A stretch of 64,000 nucleotides of DNA. It comes from Hemiscyllium ocellatum. Taxonomy: Eukaryota. Where the stretch lies: positions 3,999,438 to 4,063,437 of the forward strand of contig NC_083427.1 in NCBI RefSeq assembly GCF_020745735.1, given 5' to 3'. Below the pieces are notes generated by a model that was not told the origin of the DNA, searched no databases, and was given only the letters and a program-made list of their open reading frames with translations. Position numbers and translations under genes: made by a program. How positions within the stretch are numbered: the stretch's first letter is position 1; every line of letters begins with the position of its first letter. Shown here one piece after another: positions 26,100 to 39,927 of this stretch.

Positions 26100-28500
26100 C
26101 CAAAGATGGGAACTGAACATCCAGGGGTATTCAGTTTTTCTAGGAAGGGCAGACAAAGAAAAATTAAGGTGGTGGGGTAGCATTGTTGGTTAAATAGTAC
26201 ATTGACACAATAGTGAGGAAGTTTATTAGCTCCAGCGAAGTTGGACCGGTATGGGACACCAAGGGACAGACAGAAAACAATTGTTTCACATCGGCACCCA
26301 AACTTGTCAGGAAAGGGATTAAACAGGCAATCAAAGTTGCAAGCGCTAAACAGAGAGCTGTACTTCTAGGTGACTTTTGGCCGCATAGACTGTTACTGAT
26401 TTCATTCGCCCAATGCCATAGAAGGGGAATTCCTGGAATGTGTACGAGATGATTTTCTGGATCAATGCCTTGAGGAATCAACTCTGGACAGGTCATCCGA
26501 GACTGGACATTGTGTAATGAGAAAGGAATAATTGGCAGTCTAGCTGTGCAAGACCCCTTGGCGAACTGGCCATCATGTGGTAGAATTCTTCATGAGTATA
26601 GAGATTGACAGAGTTGGTTCTGAGACTAGTGTCCTGAATCTAAATAGAGGCAACTATGGTGATAGGAGGCCTGAGCTGGCTGTGATAAATTGGATTATGA
26701 AAGGGATGACATAAAAGTGTAGGAGTTGGGAATGACACGTTGAGATTGTACAGACAAGGCCTCTTCTGGAATAGTATCTGCAGTTCTGGTCGCCCTGCTA
26801 TACGAAGGATATTAACAAGTTGAAGAGGGTTCGAGAAAATATTTACCAGGATGTTGCCTGGAATGGAGGACTTTGGTTATGGAAATAGGCTGGGACTTCT
26901 TTTCACTGAAGTGTAGCAAGTTGCGGGCTGACCTTCCAGTAGTTCATAAAATCAAGAGGGACAAATATAAGGTGAACAGCAAGGGTCTTTTCCTTACGGT
27001 GGGGGAGTTCAAAACCAGGGACACATTTTTAGGTGAGAGGAGAAAGTTTTAAAAAAAGACATCCTTGTAAATCTTTTCTGAACCCTTTCAATTTTCACAA
27101 CATCTTTCTGATAGGAAGGAGACCAGAATTGCACACAATATTCCAGTGGCCTAACCAATGTCCTGTACAGCTGCAACATGACCTCCCAACTCTGTACTCA
27201 ATACTCTGACCAATAAAGGAAAGCATACCAAATGCCTTCTTCACTATCCTATCTACCTGCGACTCTACTTTCAAGGAGCTATGAACCTGCACTCCAAGGT
27301 CTCTTTGTTCAGCAACACTCCCTAGGACCTTACCATTAAGTGTATAAGTCCTGCTAAGATTTGCTTTCCCAAAATGCAGAACCTCGCATTTATCTGAATT
27401 AAACTTCATCTGCCATTTCTCAGCCCATCTGGTCCAGATCCTGTTGTAATCTGAGGTAACCCTCATCGCTGTTCACTATACCTCCAATTTTGGTATCATC
27501 TGCAAACTTATTAACTGTACCTCTTATGCTCGCGTCCAAATCATTTATGTAAATGACAAAACGTCAAGGGCCCAGCACCGATCCTTGTGGCACTCCGTTG
27601 GTCACAGGCCTCCAGTCTGAAAAACAATGCTCCACCACCACCTTTGAGCCAGTTCTGTATCCAAATGGCTAGTTCTCCCTGTATTCCATGAGATCTAACC
27701 TTGCTAATCAGTCTCCCTTGGGGAACCTTGTCGAATGCCTTACTGAAGTCCTTATAGATCACATCTACTGCTCTGCCCTTATCAATCTTCTTTGTTACTT
27801 CTTCAAAAAGCTCAATCAAGTTTGTGAGTCATGATTTCCCACGCGCAAAGCCATGTTGACTATCCCGAATCAGTCCTTGCCTTTCCAAATACATGTACAT
27901 TCTGTACCTCAGGATTCCCTCCAACAACTTGCCCACCACTGAGGTCAGGCTCACCGGTCTATAGTTCCCTGGCTTGTCTTTACCGCCCTTCTTAAACAGT
28001 GGCACCACGTTTGCCAACCTCCCGTCTTCTGGCACCTCACATGTGACTATTGATGATACAAATATCTCAGCAAAGGCCCAGCAATCACTTCTCTGGCTTC
28101 CCACAGAGTTCTTGGGTACACCTGATCAGGCCCTGGGGATTTATCCACCTTTAACCGTTTCAAGACATCCAGCATTTTCTCCTCTGTAATGTGAACATTT
28201 TGCAAGATGTCACCATCTATTTCCCTACAGTCTATATCTTCCATATCCTTTTCCACAGTAAATACTGATGCAAAATACTCGCTTAGTATCTCCCCCATTT
28301 TCTATGGCTCCACACAAAGGCTGCCTTGCTGATCTTTGAGCGGCCCTATGCTCTTCCTAGTTACCCTTTTGTCCTTAATATATTTGTAAAAAACCTTTGG
28401 ATTCTCCTTAATTCTATTTGCCAAAGCTATCCCATGTCCCGGTTTTGCCCTCCTGATTTCCCTCTTATGTATACTCCTACTTCCTTTATACTCTTCTAAC
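26100..28500. mobile_element. Degenerate CR1 (+, to about 27060) abutting a longer CR1 RT fragment (-, 27061-28500)
   Basis: KSPGPD, PGNYRPVSLTS and DFSKAFDKVP motifs on the minus strand, frameshifted. Confidence 0.85.
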
Positions 28501-28779
28501 GATTCACTTGATCTATCCTGTCTATACCCGACAAATGCTTTCTCCTGTTTACAACATCTCGTACTCCCAACTCAGGATAACCGTGCATGCCCCCTGCTGC
28601 ACACTGCCCTTTGCTGGGGTCAGCAATCCCCTCGATCTCAGAATGGTGCTTCCTCAGGGTCATGGGTTTCTGCACTGGGTCTTCATGTGACTGAAACACA
28701 GCCACAGATGGGGCTCATGGGATCTGGACAAAGAGATTTGCTTCCTTTTTTTGCCTTTGCACCGTTGCTGTGCCTCATC

Positions 28780-29330
28780 AACAAGACATTGGGTGTGAAA
28801 GGCTAATGCAGCCTGATGGACAAGTTGTCTCCATCCTGAACAATGGGAAGCCAGCTCCTCACAGTCATGCCAAACATTGCCCCCTACAAAGATGGCGGAC
28901 ACGCATGCGCTGTTCCACGCCGAGTGCCCCCAATACAAATGGCGGCCATCACCCGAAGACTCTGCTGGCGCGATGGATCCTGGAGCCGGACTCCCGTTTG
29001 CTGAAAGCGGGAGTTTCAACCTCGGGTCGTGTGCCTGAATAAGGTGCTGCGGAGCCGCGCAACCCCTACGGGTGCCCTTCTTCTTCCAAATCGCCTGGTG
29101 CTCACCGTTGGCGGCCTGCCAAAAGATGGCGGCCGTGCACGCCCTTTACCGATCAGCACCACAGACTGACAGTGCGCATGCTCCATCGCGCGGGGCAGCC
29201 GGGTTGATTGACGGCAGCTCCTGACCATTAAGAAGGGAAGGCGGTGCTGGAAGACCTGGTGTTCCCACCAATCAAAGTGAAGGGGGCGGGCCTGGAGGAC
29301 CACACGGGAGCATAGGTCCTCCAACATAGG
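28780..29330 (-). promoter_or_regulatory. Orphan CpG-rich promoter of the ZNF-unit type
   Basis: Same intron-1 module (ccccctacaaagatggcg), NRF1-like gcatgcgc, CCAAT and GC boxes; no intact ZNF exon downstream. Confidence 0.68.
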
Positions 29331-29389
29331 AGAGCTGAGCTCTGCCATTGTCTGAGTGTCTGCCTCATTGAAAACCTGGGGGAAAAAAA

Positions 29390-30305
29390 AACTCACACAA
29401 GCCACCTCACATCTTCAATGCATTATCTGAGATGACATGACACCTACTGTTAAAGTTCACTTGAGAATGTACTTTTAAAACAATGTTCTGGGATTTACAT
29501 ATGAAGAAACTGAAACCAACATGGCCATTCTAACAAATAATCCAAGACTTTTTCAATATATCATTTCAGTTGCATCACACTGTAAGCTTTTGCTATAAAT
29601 TCTGTGTCTTACGATCTTATACTCCACAACCACCTGACGAAGAAGCAGCACTCGTACTTCTAAACAAACCTGTTGGGACGATAACCTGGTGTTGTGTGAT
29701 TTTTAACTTTGTACACCCCAGTCTAACATCAGTGGTAGACGTAAAAAGTCAGCTCAAGACAAATTCAGGAAAACAAAGTTTATTAGCAATTAGCAAGTCT
29801 GCAGAGTTGGGTACCCCTCAAAGAAAGGGACCCTGATCGTTACAAAGCATCCCCTGATATACCCTTAAACTCCACCCCCTGTTGAGTCAGGTGATTCTCA
29901 ATCTCGAGCAACCGGTACTTTTCCATTACTTGTTTACCCCAATCTTGCAAGTGCAGCTGGACACATTTCCCCCTCAAGTGTTTACAATCTTCCCAGGCAG
30001 CTGACAACCACCCATTGTCCACCTCAAGTTGTTTCTCCCTCGTTATCAGTCACGAGGTTCGTTTTCGGCCTTGTGGTTTTGCTGTCTGGACTTGTTTTTG
30101 CTATGTGTAAGGTCGCCCATTGTCTGGTTTGTTATCTGTCTGACCTTGTGATCCAGCTGCAACTTGTTTACCACTTCTGCTGCTATAGCTAAGTTAGTCA
30201 AATTCATATGTCGGCCATTTTCTTTTGGTCACCTTCTTGCCCCTTATGCTTATGCACATCTTGAATCATTACTCCAACTCTCACAATCAGCACTTCCAAA
30301 TCATG
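29390..30305 (+). mobile_element. Family B copy whose 3' end is split by a solo LTR
   Basis: Matches 20700-21039; the final ccaaatcatg resumes after 30290. Confidence 0.7.
29733..30285 (-). mobile_element. Solo LTR (553 bp)
   Basis: TG...CA termini; 5-bp TSD atcag at 29728-29732 and 30286-30290; AATAAA on the minus strand near 29780. Confidence 0.78.
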
Positions 30306-30314
30306 AAAAAAAAA

Positions 30315-30437
30315 CCTGAAGGGCTCATGGCTGAAGCGTCGACTCTCCTTCTCCTTGGATACTGCCTGACCTGCTGCGCTTTTCCAGCAACACATTTTCA
30401 GCTCTGATCTCCAGCATCTGCAGTCCTCACTTTCTCC
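30315..30437 (+). mobile_element. Family A copy, degenerate core
   Basis: ...ctgcctgacctgctgcgcttttccagcaacacattttcagctctgatctccagcatctgcag. Confidence 0.7.
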
Positions 30438-31210
30438 ATGAAAAAAAACCCCGAAGGAACTACAGATGCCGGAAATCAGAAACGAGAACAGCAATTGCTG
30501 GAAAACCTCAGCACCTATGCGGCCAAAGCAGAGTTGATGTTACAGGTTTCTCTCCACAGATGCTGCCAGACCTGTTTAGGTTTTTCTCCATGCCCCAGCA
30601 ATTTCTGTTTCTGCTTCTCATTGAGAACCTGATCTGTGTCAAATTTGGGAGAAACTGGTCATTTCCATTTGTGGCTTTAACAGAGGAAACTCTACAGTCT
30701 AAAGCAAACTCCTGTTACTGAAATTGATTCATTCAGGACAGGTAGCAGTGATTTTCTGAGGTAGCCACACATTGGAGTGAGAATGGACTTTGCCTGTAAG
30801 TTTTAGGAGCGGGCAGGAGGGGATATGGGGGCAAAGTCTCTGACAAGGAGGAGGTTTACGACATGGTTTGACCTGGTGACCTTATGGAAAGGGAGGGAAG
30901 CAGCAGAAGCAGATGATCAGATGGCCATGATCTTAGTGACAATGTTGTTCCATGGCTCCTTGCATTTATTGGAAATGAAGATGGATGAGGCAGGTAGGAG
31001 GGTGAGCACTTGAAAAGGAATCAACTTCAGCCAGCGATATTAAAGAAGACTTAACATACTATGAATTTAAATCATCGTTATTTATTCGACCTTTATCCAC
31101 AATAATAAGCCCTGTAAATGCACTGGAGTTTATTAACACCAGCAGAAATGTACACAAGTGAACACAACACAGGCCTGGATGTGAATTACAGCAAAATCCA
31201 ATGACTGAAG

Positions 31211-32578
31211 TTAGTTATGAATTTTCTGATGTTTCATCAGGGTAGATGATCGAGTGAATCCCTTCCCACAATCTGAGCAGGTGAATGGCCTCTCCCCAGT
31301 GTGAACCCGCTGGTGTCTCAACAGACTGCATAATTGAGTGAACGTCTTCCCACAGCTGAAGCAGATGAAAGGCCTTTCCCCCGTGTGAACCCGCCAGTGA
31401 GTCACCAGCGTAGACGACCGACTGAATCCCTTCCCACACTCGGAGCAGGTGAATGGCCTCTCCTCGCTATGAGTACTCCGATGTTTCAGCAGGCTGGCTA
31501 ACTCAGTGAATCCCTTCCCACACTCAGAGCAGATAAAGGGCCTCTCCCCGGTGTGAATGCGCTGGTGTATCAGCAGGGTGGATGAGGAAGTGAATCCCTT
31601 CCCACACTGGGAGCAGGTGAACGGCCTCTCCCCAGTGTGAACCCGCTGGTGTACCGTAAGGTCAGATGATCGTTTGAACCCAATTGCACAGTGAGAGCAC
31701 CTGAACGGTCTCTCGTCAGTATGAACACGCTGATGGGACATCAGTTCCCCAGAACTTTTAAACCGCTTTGCACAGTCTGGGCACTGAAATGGTCTCTCAT
31801 CAGTGTGAAGCCTCTGGTGTATCAACAGCTTGGATGACTGAGTGAATCCCTTCCCACACTCGGAGCAGGTGAACGGTCTCTCCCCAGTGTGAAGCCGCTG
31901 ATGTGCCAGCAGGGTGGACGACTGAGTGAATCCCTTCCCGCACTCGGAGCAGGTGAACGGTCTCTCCCCAGTGTGAATGCGTTGGTGTCTCACGAGGTGA
32001 GACGACTGAGCGAATCCCTCCCCACACTGAGAGCAGGTGAATGGTTTCTCGCCAGTGTGAACGCGCCGGTGTTTCACAAGGGTAGAGCTCTGCGCGAATC
32101 CCTTCCCACACTCTGAGCAGACGAACGGCCTCTCCCCAGTGTGAACTGGCTGGTGCGCGAGGAGGTCAGACGATGTTCGGAAGCCAGTCCCACACTGAGC
32201 GCACCTGAACGGCCTCTCGTCAGTGCGAGCGCATTGATGAAAAATCAGGTCCCAAGAACTTGTGAAGCATTTGGTGCAGTCTAAGCATTTGAAAGGTCTC
32301 TCCTCAGCGTGACCCCATTGCTGCGCCAGCAGGACGGAGGAGGAAGTGAATGCCTTCCCACTGTCAGAGAAGGTGAAGAGTCCTTCCGTGGTCTGACTGC
32401 GCCAGTGTGTTTCCAGTTTCGACAAGGATCTGGATTCACCCTCATAGACCCCACATTTCCACAGTTTCTCCCCACTACATTTATGTTCTAACAGGTCCGA
32501 TGATCGGCAGAAGCCTCGGCCACACACAAAACATGTGTACAACTCCTCCCCACTGCACATAGTGCCTTCACCTTCCAT
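31211..32578 (-). CDS. C2H2 zinc-finger protein, 12 intact fingers after 4 degenerate N-terminal fingers
   Basis: ATG at 32578 (MEGEG); open frame of about 455 aa with TGERPF linkers. Confidence 0.92.
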   Translation of the reverse strand: MEGEGTMCSGEELYTCFVCGRGFCRSSDLLEHKCSGEKLWKCGVYEGESRSLSKLETHWRSQTTEGLFTFSDSGKAFTSSSVLLAQQWGHAEERPFKCLDCTKCFTSSWDLIFHQCARTDERPFRCAQCGTGFRTSSDLLAHQPVHTGERPFVCSECGKGFAQSSTLVKHRRVHTGEKPFTCSQCGEGFAQSSHLVRHQRIHTGERPFTCSECGKGFTQSSTLLAHQRLHTGERPFTCSECGKGFTQSSKLLIHQRLHTDERPFQCPDCAKRFKSSGELMSHQRVHTDERPFRCSHCAIGFKRSSDLTVHQRVHTGERPFTCSQCGKGFTSSSTLLIHQRIHTGERPFICSECGKGFTELASLLKHRSTHSEERPFTCSECGKGFSRSSTLVTHWRVHTGERPFICFSCGKTFTQLCSLLRHQRVHTGERPFTCSDCGKGFTRSSTLMKHQKIHN

Positions 32579-33280
32579 GTTCAAACTCCGACGATGCCCA
32601 GGCTACAAGAAAGTGAGCGACCTCACCAGATCACGATGGGCCATCTGGTTCGGGTTTCTCGATCACACCTCATATAGCCCTGTGCAAATCGGTTCAAAAC
32701 AGACAACAGGGAGTGCAGGGTAACGCAAGGAATTGCAAACTTGTGGAACTGAACTGAACAAATCCGGTCACTTGTGGGGCTGGCACTAGGAAGATGTGAC
32801 GGTGAAGGCTGCTGTATTGTCGTTAAAAACCCAACTCTTCACCTTCAAAAGGCTGCGGCCTCCATGATTGAGAAGCTGGTAAATGAGAGACAAAGAGTGG
32901 AAGAAAGTGATTTTATGCGTACAACCAAAGGGAACTTGGAGATAATAGTTTTCACATCTTCCTGCAACCTCTTGGAGATAGTAGTTTTCACTATCTCCAA
33001 GTTCCCTCCAAAGTCACACTGTCCTGACATATGGCATCCAGTACTTGAACAGCAAACATTTCTTGCCCTTAAATATTGGGCAAACTGAATCTATTGTCTT
33101 CAGTCCCTGCTACAAACGCCACCCCCCTCACCACTAATTGCAATCCTCTCCCTCGTAACCACACGAGGCTGAACCAGACTGTTAACAACCTTGGAGCAAT
33201 AGCTCACACCAGGATGAGATCCACATTTCCTATCCTATCATTACCAAAACCATCTTTTTTTCCACCTCAGTAACGTAGAG

Positions 33281-33740
33281 TCAGGAAATCATACAGCACA
33301 GAAACAGACCCTTTGGTCCAACCAGCCGAAGATAATCCCAAACTAAGCCCCACCTGCCTGCTCTTGGCCCATATCCCTCTAAACTTTTTGTATTCATGTA
33401 TGTATCCAAGTGTCTTTTAAACGTTGTAACTCTGCCCAAATCCAGCACTTCCTCGGGAAGTTCTTGCCCCTTAGTCTTGGGGCATCCTAGGGAAAAGACA
33501 CCCATCAGTAACCCTATCTACACGCCTCATGATTTTATAAACCTCTAGAAAGGTCACCTCTCATCCACCTAGCCTTCAGTGAAAAGTGTCCCAGCCTATC
33601 CAGCTTCTCTTTCTAGCCTAAATCTTCCAGACCAGGCAACATCCTGGAAAATCTCTTCTGAACCCTCTCCAGCTTAATAATATCCTTCCTATAACAGGGT
33701 GACTAGAACTGGGCAGAGCCCCAGAAGAGGCCTCACCGAG
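33281..33740 (-). mobile_element. CR1 3' fragment
   Basis: TFKRHLDTYMN plus tail. Confidence 0.75.
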
Positions 33741-35140
33741 GGTTCCACTGGATTCCACTCTACTCTCAGACATCTGGTGCTGGTACCCTCATTCATTCAC
33801 TTGTTCCCTCTGGATTTAACTATCCTAACACCTCCCACATGCAACCTCCCTGTAATCTCGAAGCCAGTGTGTTCACCCACCTCCCCTGTTCAAACTGGCC
33901 TTCAAGGTTCTGGGCTTAAGTACCATCAACATTTTGAAATTCTGATCCCAGTGTTCAAAATTCCTAACTACCTGTGTAATTCCCATCCCCTCACAACCCT
34001 CCCCATCTTTGTAACCTCCTCCAGCCTCCGAGGTGTCTCAATTCCACCTGTGCTGTCTTCCTGAACATTCCCAATTTTAATGGCTCCACCACTGCTCTTT
34101 GGGCCACACGTTCTGGAATCATCCCTAAACCTCGATCTCCGTTTCCTAATTTAATCCTTCAAACTTCTCTCTCTGTCCCAGATTTTGGTCACCTGACCCC
34201 AAGATCGTCAGACGGTCCCGCATTGCTTTCTAAAATTCCTGTGAACCGCCTTGGGATGTTTCCCGTTATAAGGTGCTATATGAATTCAAGTTGCTGTCCT
34301 TGTTTTGTATGTTCCTTCATCATCACTGGGGCATGACCTGCTACTCCTTACCCAACAGCATTGCAGGGACACCTTCACGAGACAGACTGCAGCAGATCAG
34401 GAAGCTCAAACGTCATCTTCTGCACCGGGGACCGGCAATATTTCGTAGAACCTGTGGAAATCGAAATAGAGTCAATGTTTTAGGGTGTTCAGAATTAATT
34501 AAAAAATGGCACAGAATTTGATGTTCAATATAAGCCCAGCAGTTCAGGAAAAATAATTTATTTCTGTGAAACATCCCGTGAAAAGATAAAGCTGGTAGGT
34601 CTGCAGCATACAAGTCAGAGGCTGAGCAGGAGAATCTCATTTAGTCACAGCCGGTGAACGTAACACTAACACACCAATCCTGAGTAAAATCGCTATTATT
34701 GACAGAGGAAATTAGACAGATAGTTGATCAGGTAGAGGTGAAACACAGCAATGGATGGACATGGATTTAAATCCAAACTAAAATGAGCCCCACGGGACCT
34801 CGAACCTCTCAAAAGTAACACAGAAAAGCTCAAAATTATTGATGAATGGTCAAAACTGTTCCCCTCTAAAGTTTTAAACTCTCCTGCTGCAGCCAGAAAG
34901 CTGGCAGAACCACTTATTATGATCCCAGTTGATGTTCCTACTGGACAGGCCAGTTCCCAGAATGTGACCCGGCTTGATAGATCACTTATTTATTTAAGCT
35001 AGTCATTCACAGAAACCTGTAGGTTTTCTTTCAGTGTTGTGACACTCAGGGAGAAAATAAAAAACTAAACGTAGAATGCAACTTTAAAGATGTTAAAAGA
35101 CAAAACAAAATAAAGTCTCATTTGCTCCCCAACACCATCA

Positions 35141-35440
35141 CGGCACGGTGGCACAGTGGTTAGCAGCGTCTGAGACCCGGGTTCAGTTCCCGACTCAGGC
35201 GACAGACTGTGTGGAGTTTGCACGTTCTCCCCGTGTCTGCGTGGGTTTCCTCCGGGTGCTCCGGTTTCCTCCCACAGTCCAAAGATGTGCAGGTCAGGTG
35301 AATTGGCCATGCTAAATTGCCCGTAGTGTTAGGTAAGGGGTAAATGTAGGGGTATGGGTGGGTTGCGCTTCGGCGGGTCGGTGTGTACTTGTTGGGCCGA
35401 AGGGCCTGTTTCCACACTGTAAGTAATCTAATCTAATCTA
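35141..35440 (+). mobile_element. tRNA-derived SINE (HE1-like)
   Basis: Head, core and (atcta)n tail. Confidence 0.85.
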
Positions 35441-35589
35441 AAACCATCACTTTACAGAGCCTCATACCCTTAGAAACGCCCCTTCCATATCAAATCTTCA
35501 GTCTTGATGAACAGCTTCTTCCCAGTTCTGTCCTATGAACCATGCTGACTTCCTACATCCATACTGGCAAAACTGAAAGCTTCGACTTT

Positions 35590-37168
35590 CTCAGGACATG
35601 ATCAGGTGTATCCGAGTATTCCGTGGGAAGTGATTGCTGGGCCTCTTGCTGAGATATTTGTATCATGGGTAGTCACAGGTGAGGGGCCGGAAGACTAGAG
35701 GTCAGCTAACGTGGTGCCACTGTTTAAGAAGGGTGGTAAGGACAAGCCAGGGAACTATAGACCGGTGAGCTTGATGTTGGTGCTGGGCAAGTTGTCGGAG
35801 GGAATCCTGAGAGACAGGATGTACATGGACTTGGAAAAGCAAGGGAATGATTTAGGGATAGTCAGCATGGCTTTGTGTGTGGGAAATCATGTCTCACAAA
35901 AGTGATTGAGTTTTTTGAAGAAATAACAAAGGATTGATGAGGGCAGAGCGGTGGACGCGATCTATATGGACTTCAGTCAGGCATTCGACAAGGCTCCCCA
36001 TGGGAGACTGATTAGCAAGGTTAGATCGCGTGGAATACAAGGAGAGCTCACCATTTGGATACAGAACTGGCTCAAAGGTAGAAGACAGAGGGTAGTGGTG
36101 GAGGGTTGCTTTTCAGACTGGAGGCCTGTGACCAGCGAAGTGCAACAAGGATCGGTGCTGGGTCCACTGCTTTTCGTCATTTACATAAATGATTTGGATG
36201 TGAACATAGGAGATGAAGTTAGTAACTTGTAGATGACACTAAAATTGGAGGTGTAGTGAACAGCGAAGGAGGTTACCTCAGGTTACAACAGGATCTTGAC
36301 CAGATGGGCCAATGGGCTGGGAAGGGGCAGATGGAGTTTAATTCAGATAAATGTGAGGTGCTGCATTTTAGGAAAGCAAATCTTAGCAGGACTTATACAC
36401 TTAATGGTAAGGTCCTAGGGGGTGTTGCTGAACAAAGAGACCTTGGAGTCCACGTTCTTAGCTCCTTGAAAGTAGAGTCGCAGGTAGATAGGATAGCAAA
36501 CCCGGCGTTTGGTATGCTTTCCTTTATTGGTCAGAGTATTGAGTACAGGAGTTGGGAGGTCATGTTGCGGCTGTACAGGACGTTGGTTCGGCTACTATTG
36601 GAATATTGCGTGCAATTCTGGTCTCCTTCCTATCGGAAAGATGTTGTGAAACTTGAAAGGATTGACAAGAATGTTGGCAGGGTTGGAGGATTTGAGCTAT
36701 AGGAAGAGGCTGAACAGGCTGGGGCTGTTTTCCCTGGAGCATCGGAGGCTGAGGGGATGACCTTATAGGAGGTGTAAAATCATGAGGGGATTGGATAAGG
36801 TCAATAGACAAGGTAGGCGAAACTGAGTACTACAGATGCTGGAGACAAGCTCTTTTCCCTGGGGTCGTGGAGTCCAGAACTAGAGGACATAGGTTTAAAG
36901 TGAGAGGGGCAAGATATAAAAGAGACCTCAGGGGCAATGTTTTCACACAGAGAGTGGTGCATGTATGAAATGAGCTGCCAGAGGTGGTGGAGGAGGCTGG
37001 TACAACTGCAACATTTAAAAGTCATCTGTACAGGTATATGAATAGGAAGGGTTTAGAGGGATATGGCCAAGTGCTGGCAAGTGAGACGAGATTAGGTTAG
37101 GATATCTGGTCAGCATGGACAATTTGGACCACAGGGTCTGTTTCCATGCTGTACATCTCCATGACTTA
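35590..37168 (+). mobile_element. CR1 ORF2 RT region to 3' end, frameshifted
   Basis: [30 protein letters not shown] and CEVLHF motifs. Confidence 0.9.
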
Positions 37169-37548
37169 ACCTGAATACTCTGCAAATCTCTAATCAAATA
37201 CTACCGAACTACAAGTTTCACAATCTAAACTTTTATACCAATATGACTGCTTTCCCTGTCCAATAAGCCTTTCCAGGACAGAAATTATATTTACTTCTGA
37301 ACGCAGTCAGGTCTCCACCAAAAAAATGCACGAGGAAGTTTCACTCTCTGGGTTTTGTGAGCTAAAGTCAATCCTAGGTTATTTTAAGCCAAAAGCAAGC
37401 TAATGGCTGCAATGTTTACATTCTCTGGTGTAAATCCATCGTCTCAGCACAGATTCATTTACACTCTAGAAAGTTTACAATTACCGGTGTCTGTCAGGCT
37501 TGGCTTTCTGAAACCTTTCACAAAGAAGTAACCAACATCCATATGCTA

Positions 37549-37805
37549 GGTGAAAGTGAGGACTGCAGATGTTGGAGATCAGAGTCAAAAAGTGTGGCGC
37601 TGGAAAAGCACAGCAGGTCCAGGAGTATTGGAGGAGCAGCAGAGCCGACGTTTCGGGCATAAGACCTTCATCGGGAATTGTTGAAGGGCTTATGCCTGAA
37701 ATGTCGACTCTCCTGCTCGTCAGACGCTATCTGACCCGTTGTGCTTTTCCAGCACCACTCTAATCTTGACTCTGATCTCCAGCATCTGCAGTCCCCATTT
37801 TCGCC
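37549..37805. mobile_element. Older palindromic family A element
   Basis: Inverted arms ctgcagatgttggagatcagagtcaa / ttgactctgatctccagcatctgcag with degenerate cores. Confidence 0.75.
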
Positions 37806-37916
37806 TAGTGCTTTTGACCCCAACACCTACATGTCACTTGTTCAAAATCTAAACCCTACAAATGATATTTATCCACATCACAAACCTTTCATCCCATGCT
37901 GGGCTCACAGAAAAGT

Positions 37917-38140
37917 TTTCGAGTAAAAAGTGAGATCTGCAGATGCTGGAGATCAGAGCTGAAAATGTGTTGCTGGTTAAAGCGCAGCAGGTCAGGCAGC
38001 ATCCAAGGAACAGGAAATTCGACGTTTCGGGCTAAAGCCCTTCAATCAGGAATGATGAAGGGCTTTAGCCCGAAACATCGAATTTCCTGTTCCTTGGATG
38101 CTGCCTGACCTGCTGCGCTTTAACCAGCAACACATTTTCA
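37917..38140. mobile_element. Palindromic family A element
   Basis: Inverted arms around two slightly mutated hammerhead cores; TSD tcacagaaaagt at 37905-37916 and 38141-38152. Confidence 0.82.
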
Positions 38141-39689
38141 TCACAGAAAAGTCTCACAGTTGCAGCCATACCCAAGGAGTGCAATAAAATCATACAAAAA
38201 CGCAGAGTATGCGGGTTTGTGTAAACCAGTGATAACCACTCATTATGAAGAATATGGCACTGAGAGAGTGCAGAGGTGATTCACAAGAATGGTTCAGGGG
38301 ATGAGGAATTTTAGCTTCTAGATTAGAGTTTGTTTATTATGCATTTGTGGAATATGGATATCACTGGAGTGATCCACATTTGATCCTTATCCATAACTTC
38401 TCTTAAAAGTGGTGGAGAGCAGCCTTCTTGAACTGTTGCATCCGTTGTGCTGTTAGGGAATGAGCTCCAGGATTTTACACCCAGCAACAGTGAAGGAACA
38501 ACATTGATACAGCTGCCATTCAGGATGACTTGTGGCTTGGAGAAACTTGGTGGTGCACTCATTCTACCCTTGTTATCCTGTGGCAGAGGTCATGGGTTAG
38601 GAGCCTGAGTGAGTTACTGCAATGCACCTTGTGGGGGGGGGGTACATCTTGCTGCCACCTTGCATTGGTGGTGAAGGGAATGGACGTTGAATGTGGTACC
38701 ACTCAAATGGGCTGGTTGACCCTGATTGGTATCAAGTCTCGAGTGTTATCGGGAGCTGCATTAACTCAGCGAAGTGGAGAGTACTTCATCACGCTTCTGA
38801 TCCCAGCATGGGCCCAGATGACAGCACGACCGCAATTGGTCGCAAAGGATGATGGCGAGGCCTGACAAGATGGAGGGCAGCTGGTGAGCACAGGCATGTC
38901 TTAGCTCAGTGTGGGAAAGCATGGGGAGTGCGAGTCCTCTTTGGGACAACCCAACTTGGAGTGTCTGCAGGGCCAAGGCTGATGAAAAGACTGTCACGTT
39001 TGACTTTTTAAACTTTATTTTTACACTTTTATACCAAGAGGTCTGTAGTGCTGAACTTTTTAAACTGATTTCTTTATTTTTCGAGTTCTACAATTGTACC
39101 TAAGACAGTAGTGGGTGTGTGGCAACATCGTGCATTTTTGACTATACTCTGTACTTGAGTACACATGCCAACAAAACCTAATATGTGCCTTGTATTATGT
39201 AGAACATTGCAGCGCAGTACAGGCTCTTCAGTCCTCAATGTTGTGCCTATCCATGAAACCAATTCGAAGCCCATCTAAGCTACATTATTGAATTTGTCTC
39301 CATATTTCTATTCATCAAAGAATTAAATGCGCTTAAAGTCGGCGAGTCTACTGTTGTTGTAGGCAGTGCGTTCACGCCCCACTACTCTCTGAATAAAGAG
39401 GATTGTAGATGCAGGGCAGGGCTTGGGGAGTCAGGGTTGGAGGAGCTAAGACTGTTCTCCTTTCAGGAGAAGATATTGAGGGGAGATTTGCTAAAAGTGC
39501 TCATGCTAAAGCTAGACAAGGTGGATAAAATTTGTCTTTATCAACTGATCGAGAACGGATTATGGCACAGATTTAAGACTTTGGACAAAATCGACTTGGT
39601 GGGAGTGCGGAAATTCAAAGAAGAAATTTCTTGCAGTGAACGGTAATTACCTGGAACTAAATACTTACACTACAAAAGCTGCTAACATC

Positions 39690-39790
39690 TTAGTCCATAT
39701 GGTCAGAGTGATTCTGTTCAATTTTGATGTGATGTTTGGTTTGAGTTTCTCATTTGCAAAGCTCCTCAGATCGTCCTACAAAAAGAAATT
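39690..39790 (-). other. Leader-like exon copy upstream of the 32578 gene
   Basis: tttttgtag acceptor followed by gaaactcaaaccaaacatcacatcaaaattg. Confidence 0.5.
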
Positions 39791-39927
39791 TACAGAAGTA
39801 ATCACGGATAGTCCTGGATAGAAATTCACAGAAGCCAAACATGTCCCTCTGTTTAAAATCTGATTGAAGATTTGTAGCTCTGGTATCCGTTGTTGTGGTT
39901 CTGCTCGCCGAGCTGTAAGTTTTTGCT

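Noticed and set aside
35590-37168. Possible functional reverse transcriptase gene
   Set aside because: Multiple stops and frameshifts, including in the FADD motif; a dead CR1 copy.
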